From NCBI GenBank assembly GCA_026914245.1, contig CP110439.1:682001-746000 (forward strand): 64,000 bases of DNA. Direction: 5' to 3'. A program made the position numbers and the translations under genes. Source of the stretch: Puccinia triticina (taxonomy: Eukaryota). Under the pieces are notes generated by a model. The model was not told the DNA's origin. It searched no databases and worked only from the letters and a program-made list of their open reading frames with translations. How positions within the stretch are numbered: the first letter of the stretch is position 1; each line of letters starts with the position of its first letter. Positions 35,742 through 48,708 of the stretch are shown here, piece by piece.

Positions 35742-36251
35742 TGAGAAGAGAATGAGAATGAGAATGAGAGAGGAAAGTGGAAGAGGGCTTACCTATCTGG
35801 GAGAGAATCTCAAGAACATACAATACTTCTCTGCGCAAGGGGTCACCCAATCCCGTGACCCTCTGTGTGAAACCCTGCTGATAGCAGGGCTTCCAAGTGT
35901 GATATCATTAATGAGCCATCATTTTTTTGAGACCTTTCAGGGTTGTCCGATCCTGCTGACAGCAGGATCAAAAAAAGAAAAGTCCAGCGATGCGAGTCTA
36001 CTTCGAGCTCGAGAAAGCACAGATAAATTAGATTATACGGAGATTATTTCTATCTTTTTCGTTGTAAGAAGGCGCTAAAAGACAACAACGGCAAGAGTAA
36101 AGAGTAGAAAGACCAAGGAGACGAGGACAAGACGGGTCAGAAGAAAGGATAAGACACAAAAGAGGAAGGAAATCGCGAAGAAATGGAACACAGGAAGAGC
36201 TGAGAGGGAGATCAACCAACAACAACAATAAGGGGAGGGGAGATTGATTGA

Positions 36252-38353
36252 TCAGCACTTGTCGTTTTTCCTCGGATTAGCCTGGCTTTTCCTGCGTGTA
36301 GCCGGTCCAGATTTAGTCGTTGCAGGGGCAGCAGCAGCAGCAGCGGGGGGAAGTTTGGAGTTCTTGAGAGCCGCCGCGGTGCTTTTAGTAGCAGTCTTGG
36401 TGGTTTTGACGGTGGGAGTGGATGCGACAGTAGCTTTTCCGGTCTTGAAGAAGCCGGCAACTGATGGTTTGGCAACCGCCGGTTTGGCTTGGACGGATGG
36501 GGCAGGCTTCGCTGGGCCTTTGAGAATGATCTTCTTAGTCTTGGCGGTGGCAGCGGCGACAGTGGATGCCCTTGATCTGGAAGCGGTGGGCGCTGCTGAG
36601 GAGGCCGGCTCGGGGAGGGTGGTAGACCCAGCGGAGGAGGAGGGTGCGCGGAGCTTCTCCTCCTTCTTGCGCTCTCGCTCGAGCTTCTCCTGGGCCTTCT
36701 TTTGCTTGAGCTCTTCCTGGGCTTGGCGTTCCTCGTCGACGAGGCGGATGAACTGGTCGACGTTACCCTTGACCCAGATGTCGAAGGTCTCTTTCCAGAT
36801 CCCGCAGGGCGCGGGGAACTCGTTGTTGAGGAAGATGGTGTGGATCGGCGGGGGTTTTTTGCTGCTCGAGCTCTCCTCCTCTTCCTGATCGTCGTCGCCG
36901 GAGACGCTCGAGGTCTTCGACGGTGGCTTGATCACTTTGCTTAGCTCCTTCACCAGCCGCTTCGTCCCGGGCACCTTCAGGCTCGTCCCAGCTACGATTA
37001 GCAGGTCCGGTCGTCGGCCTCGCATCAGGTCTCGGCTCGTCACCGCGCCCACCTGGTCGCCCGCATTATGCTCCTCGCCGTACAAGACAACGCCGGATTT
37101 GAGCAGCCCGACACCCCGGGTTCGGAAGCCCGAGATCGCTCGTGCAGTGTCGAAGGTCTGACATTGTGGACAATGGATAGGCTCGCCTTCGGCAAGCTTG
37201 ACGATGTAATCCGACATAAGGACGGAATGCCTGCATGTCAGACATGAGAGATTCTTGAGAGTCCCATGAAGAGGGATCACACGAGGAAAGGGGTCGATAG
37301 GTTTAGAGCGTGTAGGACGAGAAGGGGCTGGGGCTTGGGCAGCCTCGGCGGCAGATGCTGATCGAGTCTTGGGCTTTGACTTGGGTGTCTCAGGGCAGCT
37401 CGGCTTGCGGTCAGAGGAGGTGATAGTTGAGGCGGCAGACAGTTGCGAGGAGCAAGGGTCGTCAGGCTCACTCTGGGATTGACTAGGTTCTGACTCAGAT
37501 CTTTGGGATGGAGGCGGCGTCGAGCGAGGCGTAGGTGGCAATTGGGCCTCCGGATTTTCATCGCGTTTTCGCTTGAGGTTTCGCTTTCCTGGGGTCAAAG
37601 GCGGCTCTGGGCGAGAGCGATTGGTGTTGGAGGATGAATGGTTTGGAATCTCGTCCTGACCAGGGATCCCGTAAGTCAGGCCAGCTTTTTCTTCCAATCC
37701 ATCGATGTTTTGGCTGTGTAGAGAGAAGAAAGACAGAATTCAGATAGCTGTAGATGCTTGACGAGGTGGTGATATTGAGGACTTACGTATAAACCCGACT
37801 GAGTTTGCCGTCATCATCCAGACGTTTCAAGAACTGGTGGAAGGCAGTAGGTTGGGCGGCACCGCACATCTTGTGAAGTTCGGCAAGCATTCCGAAGTGC
37901 AGGCTGAGAGTATCGGGATCCTGGGGAAGAGGCTCGAGGGTCAGTGAAGATTCTGAGAGATAAGCTCAGATCGCCAAGCCAGACTCACTTTCCAGGCGTT
38001 GACATCGAAGAGATCGCGCCCGCTGGTCAGTTTGGCGTTCGGGAATCGTGCCTTGAGGGAGGCGAACAGCCCAGTTGACGAGCGGAAGTCGGGGATGTTG
38101 GCAGCAGTGGAGATGCCGGCGCCTGTGGGACGAAACAGGTGTGATGGTTGGCTGGTAGTTTGCGATAAGGAAAAAGGGGAGAGGGATGCCTACCAACGAC
38201 GACGGCAACTCTCTTTGCATTGAGCACTGCCTTGATAGTCCGCTGCAGGTCCGGCCCAGGCGGATCGGAGACAGGCTTGACGAAGGATGGCAAGGGGCCG
38301 AGGGCGGTTGGACGCGTCCCGGGGAGAACGACCAGCTGGGTTGGGGTGGACAT
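36252..38353 (-). CDS. HST4: NAD-dependent deacetylase, Hst3/Hst4-type sirtuin (~629 aa; exons 38353-38194, 38122-37989, 37920-37787, 37713-36252)
   Basis: GAGISTAANIPDFRS, YTQNIDGLE, catalytic LHGTL, Zn ligands CLTC/CPQC, VLYGE, GTSLKVPG; introns keep the frame. HST3 versus HST4 orthology is not resolved. Confidence 0.9.
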
Positions 38354-39173
38354 GGTGTGGGGTTGGTTGGTTTTGCGGAGGAGAGGGTGGTGGTGGGGGA
38401 GGGGTGTTTTATAGCCGGGGATGCTCAGCTGGGCTCAGAGTGCGCATCCTGGCGACCGGGGGCGGGGGCCCTCGCTCGGGGGAATCCACAGATGGCTGGG
38501 CCAAACCAGGCACGCCGCGAACGATGCCCGCCATCTCAGAAAGCTCCGGCCGTCATCCAGGCCGAACTCACGCCCGCCTCATCGGATTGGCCGCAGGGAG
38601 GCTGGCTGGTCGGCGAAACGGGCTGCATGCAACCAATCTGCAGGGCATCTAAACATACATACTCATCCTCCGACAATCGACGAGCACTCCCCCTCGATTG
38701 GGTCCAGCCCCTAGATCATAGATGGAGGGTATGGATCCAAAACAGGCCGGTTCACTTGTCCTGCGGTTGGGACAGAAAACCTAACCCAATTTTCACACCC
38801 TTTCAGCCCACTTCGAGAGCAACATTGGGGAGTTAGTTACACTATGTGTTGAGGCACACCAGGGACGAATCAAAAGAGTCCTACCGTGACTCATGGTGGG
38901 ACTTGACGGTGAATAGCAGATATAGTTCTCAGTGAGGAAAAGCAAGCTTATAGGTGAGGATCCAGTGGGCAGTAGTGCATGATGTCACTTGTCATCAAGT
39001 GACTATTTTTTTTTTTCTGGTGCAAACCGCTGCACTAGGCTGCACTACACTACGCTACCACTGAAAATAGCATTTTGGTGCTACATGGCTGCTGACATTA
39101 GCATGCTAAATACAATTTTTTTTACCAGCGATTTCAAAAATCTGTAGCTGTCTTTTCTGACCGCTACTATTTA

Positions 39174-39323
39174 GGCCCCGTTTGGAGCCGATATAATTGC
39201 GCGATATAATCTGGAAACTTGTGACATCTGATCAAGTTTTGGCGGACCTGATCAGATGTCACATAGGATGTCATGCAAAAAAACTTATATATTGCCTGGA
39301 TTATATCGGCTCCAAACGGGGCC
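39174..39323. mobile_element. Tourist-like MITE (150 bp)
   Basis: TTA|GGCCCCGTTTGGAGCCGATATAA...TTATATCGGCTCCAAACGGGGCC|TTA. Confidence 0.9.
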
Positions 39324-40087
39324 TTAGTAAAGTGTAGCAAGCCAAAAAACAGCCGTGCTTACCACTACGCTACACTTATTGTAGTGTAGCTGTTACACCA
39401 TTTCCCAAGTGTAGCAACATTTTACAACAGGCAGAAATACTTGAGTGTGTACAGCATCTATGTTGAGCGCACAAAGTGCAGGAGAGGCTTGTATCCAAAA
39501 CAAACACGCTTGTGTGTTATGGTTGGGGTTCTGCAGTACTTTTTTTTTGTAAAACCCATATAAAATACACTTTGCTACCCATTGGAGAATAATTTTGGGC
39601 AGGAAGATGGGGGGTCTTCATCCCCATCAAGAAGAATTTTGAATTTTTCAAAAATTGTATGTCAAGTAGGATTTTTTACAATCCATTTTTAGTCCAACAT
39701 AATTTTTTTTCTTCAAACCAAACTATTCCTTATTTAATCAACAGAGGACAAGACTAATATCCCAGAATAGTAAATAGAAAAATTCTGGAGGATTTTCCTG
39801 AAGGTGGGATCCTGATTGAGAAGCCAAGAATCACCTGCAGTTCAACCTTGAAGAGTCAGGTTTTTTTATTGGTCCAATTTTCAAGCTTTTCCTTTGAAAA
39901 CTGGATGAGAAGATTCACATAACCCTCCTCTACCTCCTGGGCCTGTTCTTTTTTTGGCGCTGACTAAAGCTCTCAATGTTCCAGGAGCAGTCAGCTGACA
40001 TCCTGCCACCAGCCCTCATGTGCAAGTCACAAGTGCCTGGTCGGGGCACATTCCTCAACCCTTCCATGAGAGTGTTCCCCAAACATT

Positions 40088-40263
40088 GGAGGACTTACTA
40101 TCAAAATTTGACTAAATCTGGAATTTCAGTTTTTGCAGGGAAATCTGAAATTTGACAATGAAACTCTGGATCACTACAGCAATATTTGGGGACCTAGATT
40201 TCCCCAAAAAATCTGAAATCTGTTGGCTCAGGACTGACTTTCCAGATTGACGGGAGGTCCTCC
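40088..40263. mobile_element. GGAGGAC-TIR MITE with ATT TSD
   Basis: ATT|GGAGGACTT...AGGTCCTCC|ATT; interior matches 5255-5400 and 7061-7210. Confidence 0.8.
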
Positions 40264-40403
40264 ATTGTCTAAAACCAAACCCAAAAAACCAATTGGTGTA
40301 TCAATTGTCTTGACTGCATGAGAACTTTGCTCCCTTGTCTGGTGCAAATTGTTGATTGGACAGTCCTGCCCCCCATTTTCAGGACTTGAAAATGGGCTAT
40401 ATT

Positions 40404-42568
40404 CACTACAAACATGTTGTACTTTCCCTACATGTATAGGGGTTCAAAGACATGTTGTAGCTGTTGCATTTTTGGAGGTATTCTAGGTGCATTTGATGAA
40501 GTTGAAAAGGAAAATATGGAGAACATTTGGGCAGCATTCAAATTTTAGTTGTGGCATTTCTCCACCCCAATGTGCATGCTTGCAGCCTAAATAGCAGGAT
40601 TTTCACCCCTTTTAGCCGTTTTGCACCAATTTTGAGACCTACATCAGGTTGGGGAGTGATGATTATGTGAGAATATGCAACATAGAACATTTTTGCAGCA
40701 TTTGAATTTTAGTTGTGGCATTTCTCCACCCCAATGTGAATGCTTGCAGCCTAAATAGCAGGGGTTTCACCCGTTTTAGCCATTTTTGCACCAATTTTTA
40801 AGGCCACAATCAGTACTTGGAGTCATGATTATGATATAATATGCAATGGAGAACATTTGGGCACCATTTGAATTTTAGTTGTGGCATTTCTCCACCCCAA
40901 TGTGCATGCTTGCAGCCTAGAGAGGAGGATTTTGACCTGTTTTAGCCGTTTTGCATCAATTTGTAAGACCACCATCAGCAAGGGGAGTGATGAACATGAG
41001 CAGATACACAATGTGGAACATTTGGGCAACATTTGAATTTCATTTGTGCCATTTCTCCACATGGATGTGCATGCTTGCTGCCTAAATAGCAGGACTTTCA
41101 CCGGTTTTAACTGTTGTGCACCAATTTGTAAGGCCTCCATCAGCATGGAGAGTGTTGATTATGAGAGAATACACAATGGAGAAAATTTTGGCACCATTTG
41201 AATCTTAGTTGTGGCATTTCTCCACCCCAATGTGCATGTTTGCAGCCTGAAATCACAGCATTTTCACCCATTTTAGCATTTCCACCAATTTGTAAGGCCA
41301 AAATGAGTAAGTGGAGTAGTGATAATGAGAGCATATTCAATGAAGAAAATTTGGGACGCATTCAAATTTTAGTTGTGGCATTTCTCCACCTCAATGTGCA
41401 TGCTTGCAGCCTAAATTGCAGGGTTTTCACCCATTTTAGCCGTTTTGCACCAAGTTGTAAGTCCACAATCAGGAATTGGAGTAATCACTATGAGGAAATA
41501 TTATGGAGAACATTTGGGCACCATTCAAATGCAAAACAGCTAAAACGGGTGAAAATCCTGCTATTTAGGCAGCAAGCATGCACATCCATGTGGAGAAATG
41601 GCACAACTGAAATTCCAATACTGCCCAAATGTTCTTCATTGCGTATCTTCTCATGTTCATCACTCCCCTTGCTGATGGTGGCCTTAAAAATGGGTGCAAA
41701 ACGGCTAAAACAGGTCAAAATCCTCCTCTTGCCAAGCATGCACATTGGGGTGGAGAAATGCCACAACTAAAATTCAAATGGTGCCCAAATGTTCTCCATT
41801 GAATATTCTATCACAATAATGACTCCAATTACTCATTTTGGCCTTAAAAATTGGTGCAAAATGGCTAAAACGGGTGAAACCCCTGCTATTTAGGCTGCAA
41901 GCATCCACATTGGGGTGGAGAAATGCCACAACTAAAATTTCAATGCTGCAAAAATTTTCTCTCTTTCATATTCTCACATAATCATCAACCCCCAACCTGA
42001 TGGAGGCCTTAAAAATTGGTGCAAAACGGCTAAAAGGGGTGAAAATCCTGCTATTTAGGCTACAAGCATGCACATTGGGGTAGAGAAATGCCACAACTAA
42101 AATTTGAATGTTGCAAAAAATTTCTCCATTGTGTATTCTCTCACAATCATCACTTCCTATACGGATGGCGGCCTTACAAATTGGTGCAAAACAGCTAAAA
42201 CGGGTGAAAATCCTGCTATTTGGGCTGCAAGCATGCACATTGGGATGGAGAAATGCCACCAATAAAATTTGAATGGTGCCCAAATGCTATTGCATATTCT
42301 CTCTTAAACATTACTCCCCCTACTGATTGTGGCCTTAGAAATTGGTGCAAAATGGCTAAAACAGGTCAAAATCCTGCTATTTAGGCTGCAAGCATTCACA
42401 TTGGGGTAGAGAGATGCCGAAATTAAAATTTGAATGGTGCCCAAATGTTCTCCATATGTTGTTTTTCAACTTCATCAAATTCACCTAGAATACCTCCAAA
42501 AAATGCAACCACCACAACAAGTCTTTGAACCGCTATACATACAGGGAAAGTACAACATGTTTGAAGTA
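40404..42568. mobile_element. CACTA-type foldback element made of two inverted arrays of ~165-bp units
   Basis: Left end CACTACAAACATGTTGTACTTTCCCT, right end AGGGAAAGTACAACATGTTTGAAGTA, ATT TSD. Unit marker at 40551, 40715, 40881, 41046, 41211, 41375; orientation flips near 41527. Confidence 0.88.
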
Positions 42569-42993
42569 ATTGGTGTACAAAAACATGGAGTTTGTGGAAC
42601 TCAAGTCACAATTTATTTATAGGGAGTTTCAAACATTGTTGATAGTGCAAGAAACAATCTAGAAGGAGTGTCAAGCTATTTTTTTCTAGGAGGGGGACGG
42701 GGTACAGAATGTTGTGACACGACAGGCTAGGGTGACTCTGAATGGTGATGAAATGACAACAACGGCATCCAGGATCTGATCCTGGATGCTGAATATCCCG
42801 CTACTGCGGCGAGGTTGAGTATGCGTAGCCCCTTGGGCTACAACACCCCCCCTCTCGCCGTAGTAGCCGTACTACATACAACTAGGACATGAGATCAGAG
42901 GAAACAATTTTTTAAAGAGCCGGAGAACAAAAGGTTATAAAAAGATAGCAGCAGGCAAGGCAAGAAAAATTAATAATAAAAAATATACTCCAA

Positions 42994-45900
42994 TTAACCA
43001 GCCATTATTTTCTCCCTCAGCGTGGCAAAACTTTCTGGCGGCATGCATTTTGTGAAGATGTCCGCAAGCTGCTCTTTGGTACTGATCCACTCTAGCGCTG
43101 TCTTTTTCTGGTATAAAGACTCATTAGTAATGTAAAAATCTCGGTCAGTGTGCCTTGTCCTCTTGTTGGATGCGTCATCAGTAGAAACTTTAATGGCAGA
43201 TTGGTTATCACAAAACAGGAAACCTACAAAATCCTTCTTCAGGACATCTCGGAGCAGGTGTCTGACCCATAAAGTTTGCCTCGTCGCCACACCCAGAGCC
43301 ATGTACTCTGCGTGGCAGGTCGACGACGCCACTGATTGTTGGCGTCTTGACACCCAGAGAACTGGGCAGTTTAGAAAAGTGATCAAGACACCGTATGAGG
43401 AACGTGAAAACTCTCCTCCCCACGACGCGTCTGCAAAAGTCTTAAGAGGCTTACTGTCAGCACGAGGAAAAAGACACAGTCTGACATCTTTACTGCCGGC
43501 AAGATAGTTTACCAGGTGCTTAATACCTTTCCAGTGTGTGACTCCTGGTTTTGCCGCAAAGCAAGCCAGGTAATTAACCGCAAAACAAATGTCCGGCTGC
43601 GTACCTACCGCCAGGTAGCTGAAAGAACCAATCACAGACAGGTAGCGGCCAGAATCTGCTTCAACCCCGTCTTCATCCGTTGTTGCATTGAAACCTGTCG
43701 GCAGTGGTGTCGTGGCCGTTGTCGTCCCATCCCAGTGTTCGTCCAGAATACCAGCTACGAGTTCCTTCTGGAAAAGCTCAAAACCTTTATTGGACCGTTT
43801 CACATTTAGCCCGACAATCGAATCCAGACCCGCCGACCACTTGATCTTGAGAATGTCCTTCAGGTCGTGTTCCAGGCGTTTCAGGAGCGCAGGACTTGAT
43901 GCTGTGACGACTCCATCATCTACATGTAACCACACCACGCCTGCTTCATCCGGATGTCTGAGAATGTACAGACTGTTGTCGTACTGGGATGGAGAATACC
44001 CAAACTTGTCGAGTACCGCCTTCAAGTGCAGCCACCAGCACCTGGCCGCCTGTCGAGTGCCATAGAGGGCTTTCTTGAGTAGTAGCGCATGGCCTGGCGG
44101 CGTCTTCATCCCTTCGGGCGGCTTTACCCAAACTTCCTCGTCAATAGGCGAGTTCAGGTATGCCGCTACGAAGTCAAAGCTTTGAACCGGCCATCCGTAC
44201 GCTGCGGCGACCACCAGTAATAGACGGAGTGAAACAAATGTCGCTGTCGGCGCAAAAGTTGCGTTGAAATCTTCTCCTTCGACTTGTGTGAAACCCTTCA
44301 CCACATATCGCGCCTTGAAACATATCCCATCACCGTCTGTAGCCGGTTTTGTCGCAAAAACCCATCTTCCTCCTAGAGTCTTCTTGTCTTCAGGCTTTAG
44401 TTTCAGAACCCACACTCTCATCTCCTCTAGGTTCGACAGTTCGGTGGCTATTGCTTTTGACCAGGACTCCTTCTCCGGAGAGTTCATCGCTTGGCGAAAG
44501 GTCTTCGGTACTGATATGGCGTAGAACTGACATAGGCTTAGGATTTTATCTACAATTAATTCCTGATTGGTGAATTCGATTTCTTGAGAAAAATCACCAA
44601 GTTGTAGCAAATTCATAATGTAATCAACTGAGAGTTTATGAGAAGGTCCCGCTAGTAGCAATTGTGGGTTGTTTGATTCTGAGATGTTGTCCGCAACTAC
44701 CTCCCGTGGTAGGCCTTCATCCGGGAATCGGACCATTGCCGACGACACGAAACTTTTCTGCTTGGGTATCCAGAACAACCAACCTTTGCTCTGTTCCAAA
44801 TGCGCGATAACGAGGCCTTTTACCGCCCGGTCATCCAGTTTCTTTCGTTTCTCCTGAGGTATGTGAACGTATCCCACGCTTCCGAATACTCGGAAGCTGT
44901 CATATTGAGGCTTCCGTCCGAATAGGCATTCGTACGGTGTTAAGTCCTTGCTGGCTTTGTTTGGTAGTTGATTTAGAACGTAAGTTGCCCAGAGGAAAGC
45001 ATAACTCCAGAATTCTTTGGGCAGTGGACTGTTGATGAGAACCGTTCTTCCAGTATCCGCGACGGTCCGGTTGAACCTCTCAATCACTCCATTCTGGTAG
45101 TGGTGGTAAGGAAGCGCCTTCTCCGCCGCTATTCCTTTTTCCGCTAGAAAATCAGATAGCTTCTTGTTGGCAAATTCTCCGCCGTTGTCGCTCCGGAGTG
45201 TTTGGACCCGCTTCCCAATTGCCTGTTCTAGACGGTTGATGGTGTCAATGATGTGCTGATTGGCCTCCGATTTTTGCTTGAGAACCTTCACAAATGCATA
45301 GCCCAATGCCACGTCCCGCATCGTGAGTAGGTATCTGCCACCGTTGATTGAATCTACCTGAAAAGGACCCATCAAATCTGCGGCCAGAACATCCAACCGT
45401 TCGACAGTCCTAAGGGTAGAAGCTAAAGGGTTAATATGTGTGCTTTTGCTGATTGCACAGACAGGGCAGTGGATTTTCCCGCTTGGAATCTCATCAGGTA
45501 GACCATTTCCCAACTTTAACTTAATAACTCTCCGTATGTGCCGAAGACTGGCATGACCAAAAACTCTGTGATAATACAGAAGTTTCTTTTCATCTTTGGT
45601 CAGATCATCTGCCTTCCAAGAAAAGTTAGTCGCCTTTGCCAGCGGCTCCCTGAACACTTCATCTGAGGGGGGAACCTTAGCTTTAGAGGCAAGAATAGAG
45701 ATTGCATTGTCATCGGTAGCAGAAATAGGATCGGAAACAGAGAGTTGAGCGGAAGAAAGAGACTGGGGTGAGAAAACGGGAGTTGGAGTATTGGAGAGTA
45801 GAGATTGAGAAGGAGAAGAAGAAATAAAACGAGAATGAGAGATTGATTCCATTGCCGGTGTCGAAGCGGAAAACAACATGTGACAGTCGTGGGGTTGGGT

Positions 45901-47895
45901 AGTTCTCGAGCTATCCGCTCTTATGAGCGGGTAGGGCATACACCACCTGTTTTTGGTAGACTCAAAAACACAATCGAAGAGGCGTTCTCCTGTGGAGCGG
46001 GAGATTTGGAACGTATCTGTGGCGTTGTCATAAGCAACAAGCGCGTTAGCTTTTCGCAGAGCTGCCATTGATATCAACGTGGTTTTAGCCTGCTCACAAT
46101 ACAGTACTTGTCTAATGACAATGACTGAGCCATCGGGCGCCAGGAACTTCAGGGCTCCCACACCCGTGATCGCTGATCCTGGCCCACTGGTAGCTACAGA
46201 AACCGCAATAGGTTTCGGGAGAAGCCGAAAATCATGCAATAATGATTTAGAACCGGTGAAACCGTGGGATGCCCCAGTATCAAAAATGGCAGTCTCACTC
46301 ACCAAATCCTCCTCAAGCGCCATCAAATGGAAGCTGAGATTATCCAAGTCGTCAGGCAGACCATTGACCTCCACCATGTGAGCGGTCATCCCCCCTTTTG
46401 CCGAAGTTGAAACAGCTGCTCCTTGATCGGAGTTGTGTTGACTGGCTGCTCGATGGTTTGGTTGATACCGCGGGCGATAGTAGTCGGCTAGATTGCGTGC
46501 GTGTTCTTGATTCTTGGTGGGGGGGTGGGAAGGCCGTCGAAAATTGGTCCGTGGGAAACGGCTGGAAGCCATCGCTGTGCCGCTTGGAAGATGGCCGTAG
46601 ATCGTCCCTACGATGGTGCCGATTGGTCTTCCGTTGCCTTGACTAGCTTGTCCTGTCGTTGGTCTGTCCGGACAATTCTTTGCATAGTGATTTTCGCCTC
46701 CGCACTGCCAACACTTGTGCGCCGTTACCGCATAGAAGTCTAGAGCGTCAACCCACTCTTCTTCTGCTACCTCTGCCAAAAAAGCAGAGACATCGAAGTC
46801 GTTCGGATTGCTGGATGAAACCGCCAGAGCTGCTGGAGGGCTCATGGGCGAGGTAAATGATGGGCTGGGGGCTGCTTCCAGTTCGGTGGCGTGTTTGTGT
46901 TGGTCCTTGCAGATGTCGAGGGCCAGCATTATCGATTCAAAAGATGGGCATCGTCCCCGCTTGTCATCTTGCACTAGTTGTTCGACTCGCAACTCGAACG
47001 CCTTTTTGTAATCCGCGGTCGAGTCCATCACCGCCGCCTGTAGGACAAAACCCAGGAACAAATCGACGCCAATGGCCACATTGATTGAGGTCCATTCGGC
47101 GTACAGGTCTTTCAGGTCGGATGCTATGCCTGCATTGTGTCCGTCGGGATTGATCCTGAATTGTCTGAATTTATTGTAGATGTTCATTTGCGCCGCTCTC
47201 GAAGAAGTTTTGAATTTCGCCAAGAGGTTGCTGTACATCGCAAAACAGGTTGGAAGAGCTTGCATCTCCGCCACCAAGGACTGGTCAATGCTAGCGATGA
47301 GAATAGCTCAACCTATCTTCTCATACGTCGAGTTTGTGCAGACCTCGAAGAAAAAACGTGCGTCCTTGAGATTCAAACGAGCGACCTCCGCCATGTTTCG
47401 ATACCAGTCGCCGAAGTTCGATCCATCCGCCTTGAGGGTGTTGACTGAACAAAACTGGGACTTCGCAGTTTGAATTGCGTGCCCAACAAGCTTGCTTTGC
47501 CGGAGATGAAATTCAGCTTCTTCGAAGTCGCGGATTTCCTTGGCTAACAGCTCATCCCTCTCGTCGTAGCGGGTCTGCCTATGATGAGGAGGAGGAGCAT
47601 TGTTAGTTACACGTGGGTTTGGTATCTGCGGGCTGCTCGGTAGTCTCGGATCCATATGTGGCGGAGGTCCTTGATCATCCGCTTGCACTGAATCTCTTGG
47701 CTTGTTCTGTGTCGCCTTTCCTTTCTGACGACCCTGTGCTCCCGTCGTCTCGGGGCTTGGCGGCATTCGATCCAGATTGGATTGAAGGAGTGTGATATCC
47801 TCCTCCAACCTGGCCCTGTGGGACAGATTGTCAATATGCCAGTTGGATGTGGCGGCCGATTTCGATGTCGATTGCCGGTCTTTGGTGGGGTCCAT
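42994..47895 (-). pseudogene. Copia gag-pol polyprotein with one in-frame TGA (47308-47310)
   Basis: ORFs 47308-47895 and 42994-47277 are in the same frame. Motifs: CWQCGGENHYAKNC, FDTGAS, YHRVFGH/CPVC, DLMGP/RSDNGGEF/NGVIER, HVDD, FADASWG. Confidence 0.9.
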
Positions 47896-48695
47896 CTGAG
47901 ACTTCGGGTAGGAAAAAAGGTTCTATGGGAAAGTCGGTTGGAGAATTGATAAAATGAGGTACGGGAAGAGGATTGGTGATGGGAGATAGGGGAAAAGATC
48001 GGAGAAGGAAAGGAAACAAAACTGATGAATAGTGTGGGAAAGTCGGTCGGAGGATTGATAAGAAGGAGGTGTGGAAAGAGAATTGATGATAGGAGATAGG
48101 TGAAAAGATTGGGAAAGGAAAGAAAAATGCTGATGAATATTGGGCGTAAGGAATTCGATATTTCGGATTGTTGGGAAAGTGACGATAGAGTATAGAGAGG
48201 AAAATATGAAGATGGGAATGAGAGAGGATTAACGAGGTTAGGGAGAGTGTATAGATGAATATCCGGGGATGGCGAGGACAGAGAAGTTAAAACAGAATAG
48301 AGTATGTGGATTCAGAGGGGATATCGGGTAGATAAGAGAAGAAAAAAAATGGGAGAGTCGGTCCACGTGTTGGAGGTGAGATAAAAGGTTGGACTTGTCT
48401 CCTCCAAAAATCACCAGCTTTCAAGACTGGGCCACAGTCTTGTGTTCGGTAGGATGGCTAGTCCTCCTAGCCTATGAAAATTTTTGAAAACAAATCCTTA
48501 CTCTTATAACACCGTCGGAGTTGATTCTGGGCGATTGTTGGAAGCCCGGATTTGACCAAACTGGTTAGGTTTGGGATCGACTCGGTGATTTGATGAGTAA
48601 TCGACCTTCTTTCTGATGATTAGTCAGTCGGATAAGCAAGCTAGTTAAGCTTGACGGTCGAAAAACGGGAGTGTGTTGGAAAGAGTGTAGCGTCA

Positions 48696-48708
48696 AGGGC
48701 TCATAACC
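48696..48708 (-). promoter_or_regulatory. Primer-binding site complementary to the anticodon stem-loop of initiator tRNA-Met
   Basis: GGTTATGAGCCCT directly after the 5' LTR, the type of PBS known from yeast Ty5 and Drosophila copia. Confidence 0.85.

Noticed and set aside
38186..38836. 216-aa plus-strand ORF overlapping the sirtuin start
   Set aside because: Antisense to exon 1 and the GC-rich promoter; no recognisable protein features.
40829..42283. Repetitive ORFs (e.g. 41198-41770)
   Set aside because: Translations of the 165-bp tandem unit; frames are broken between units.
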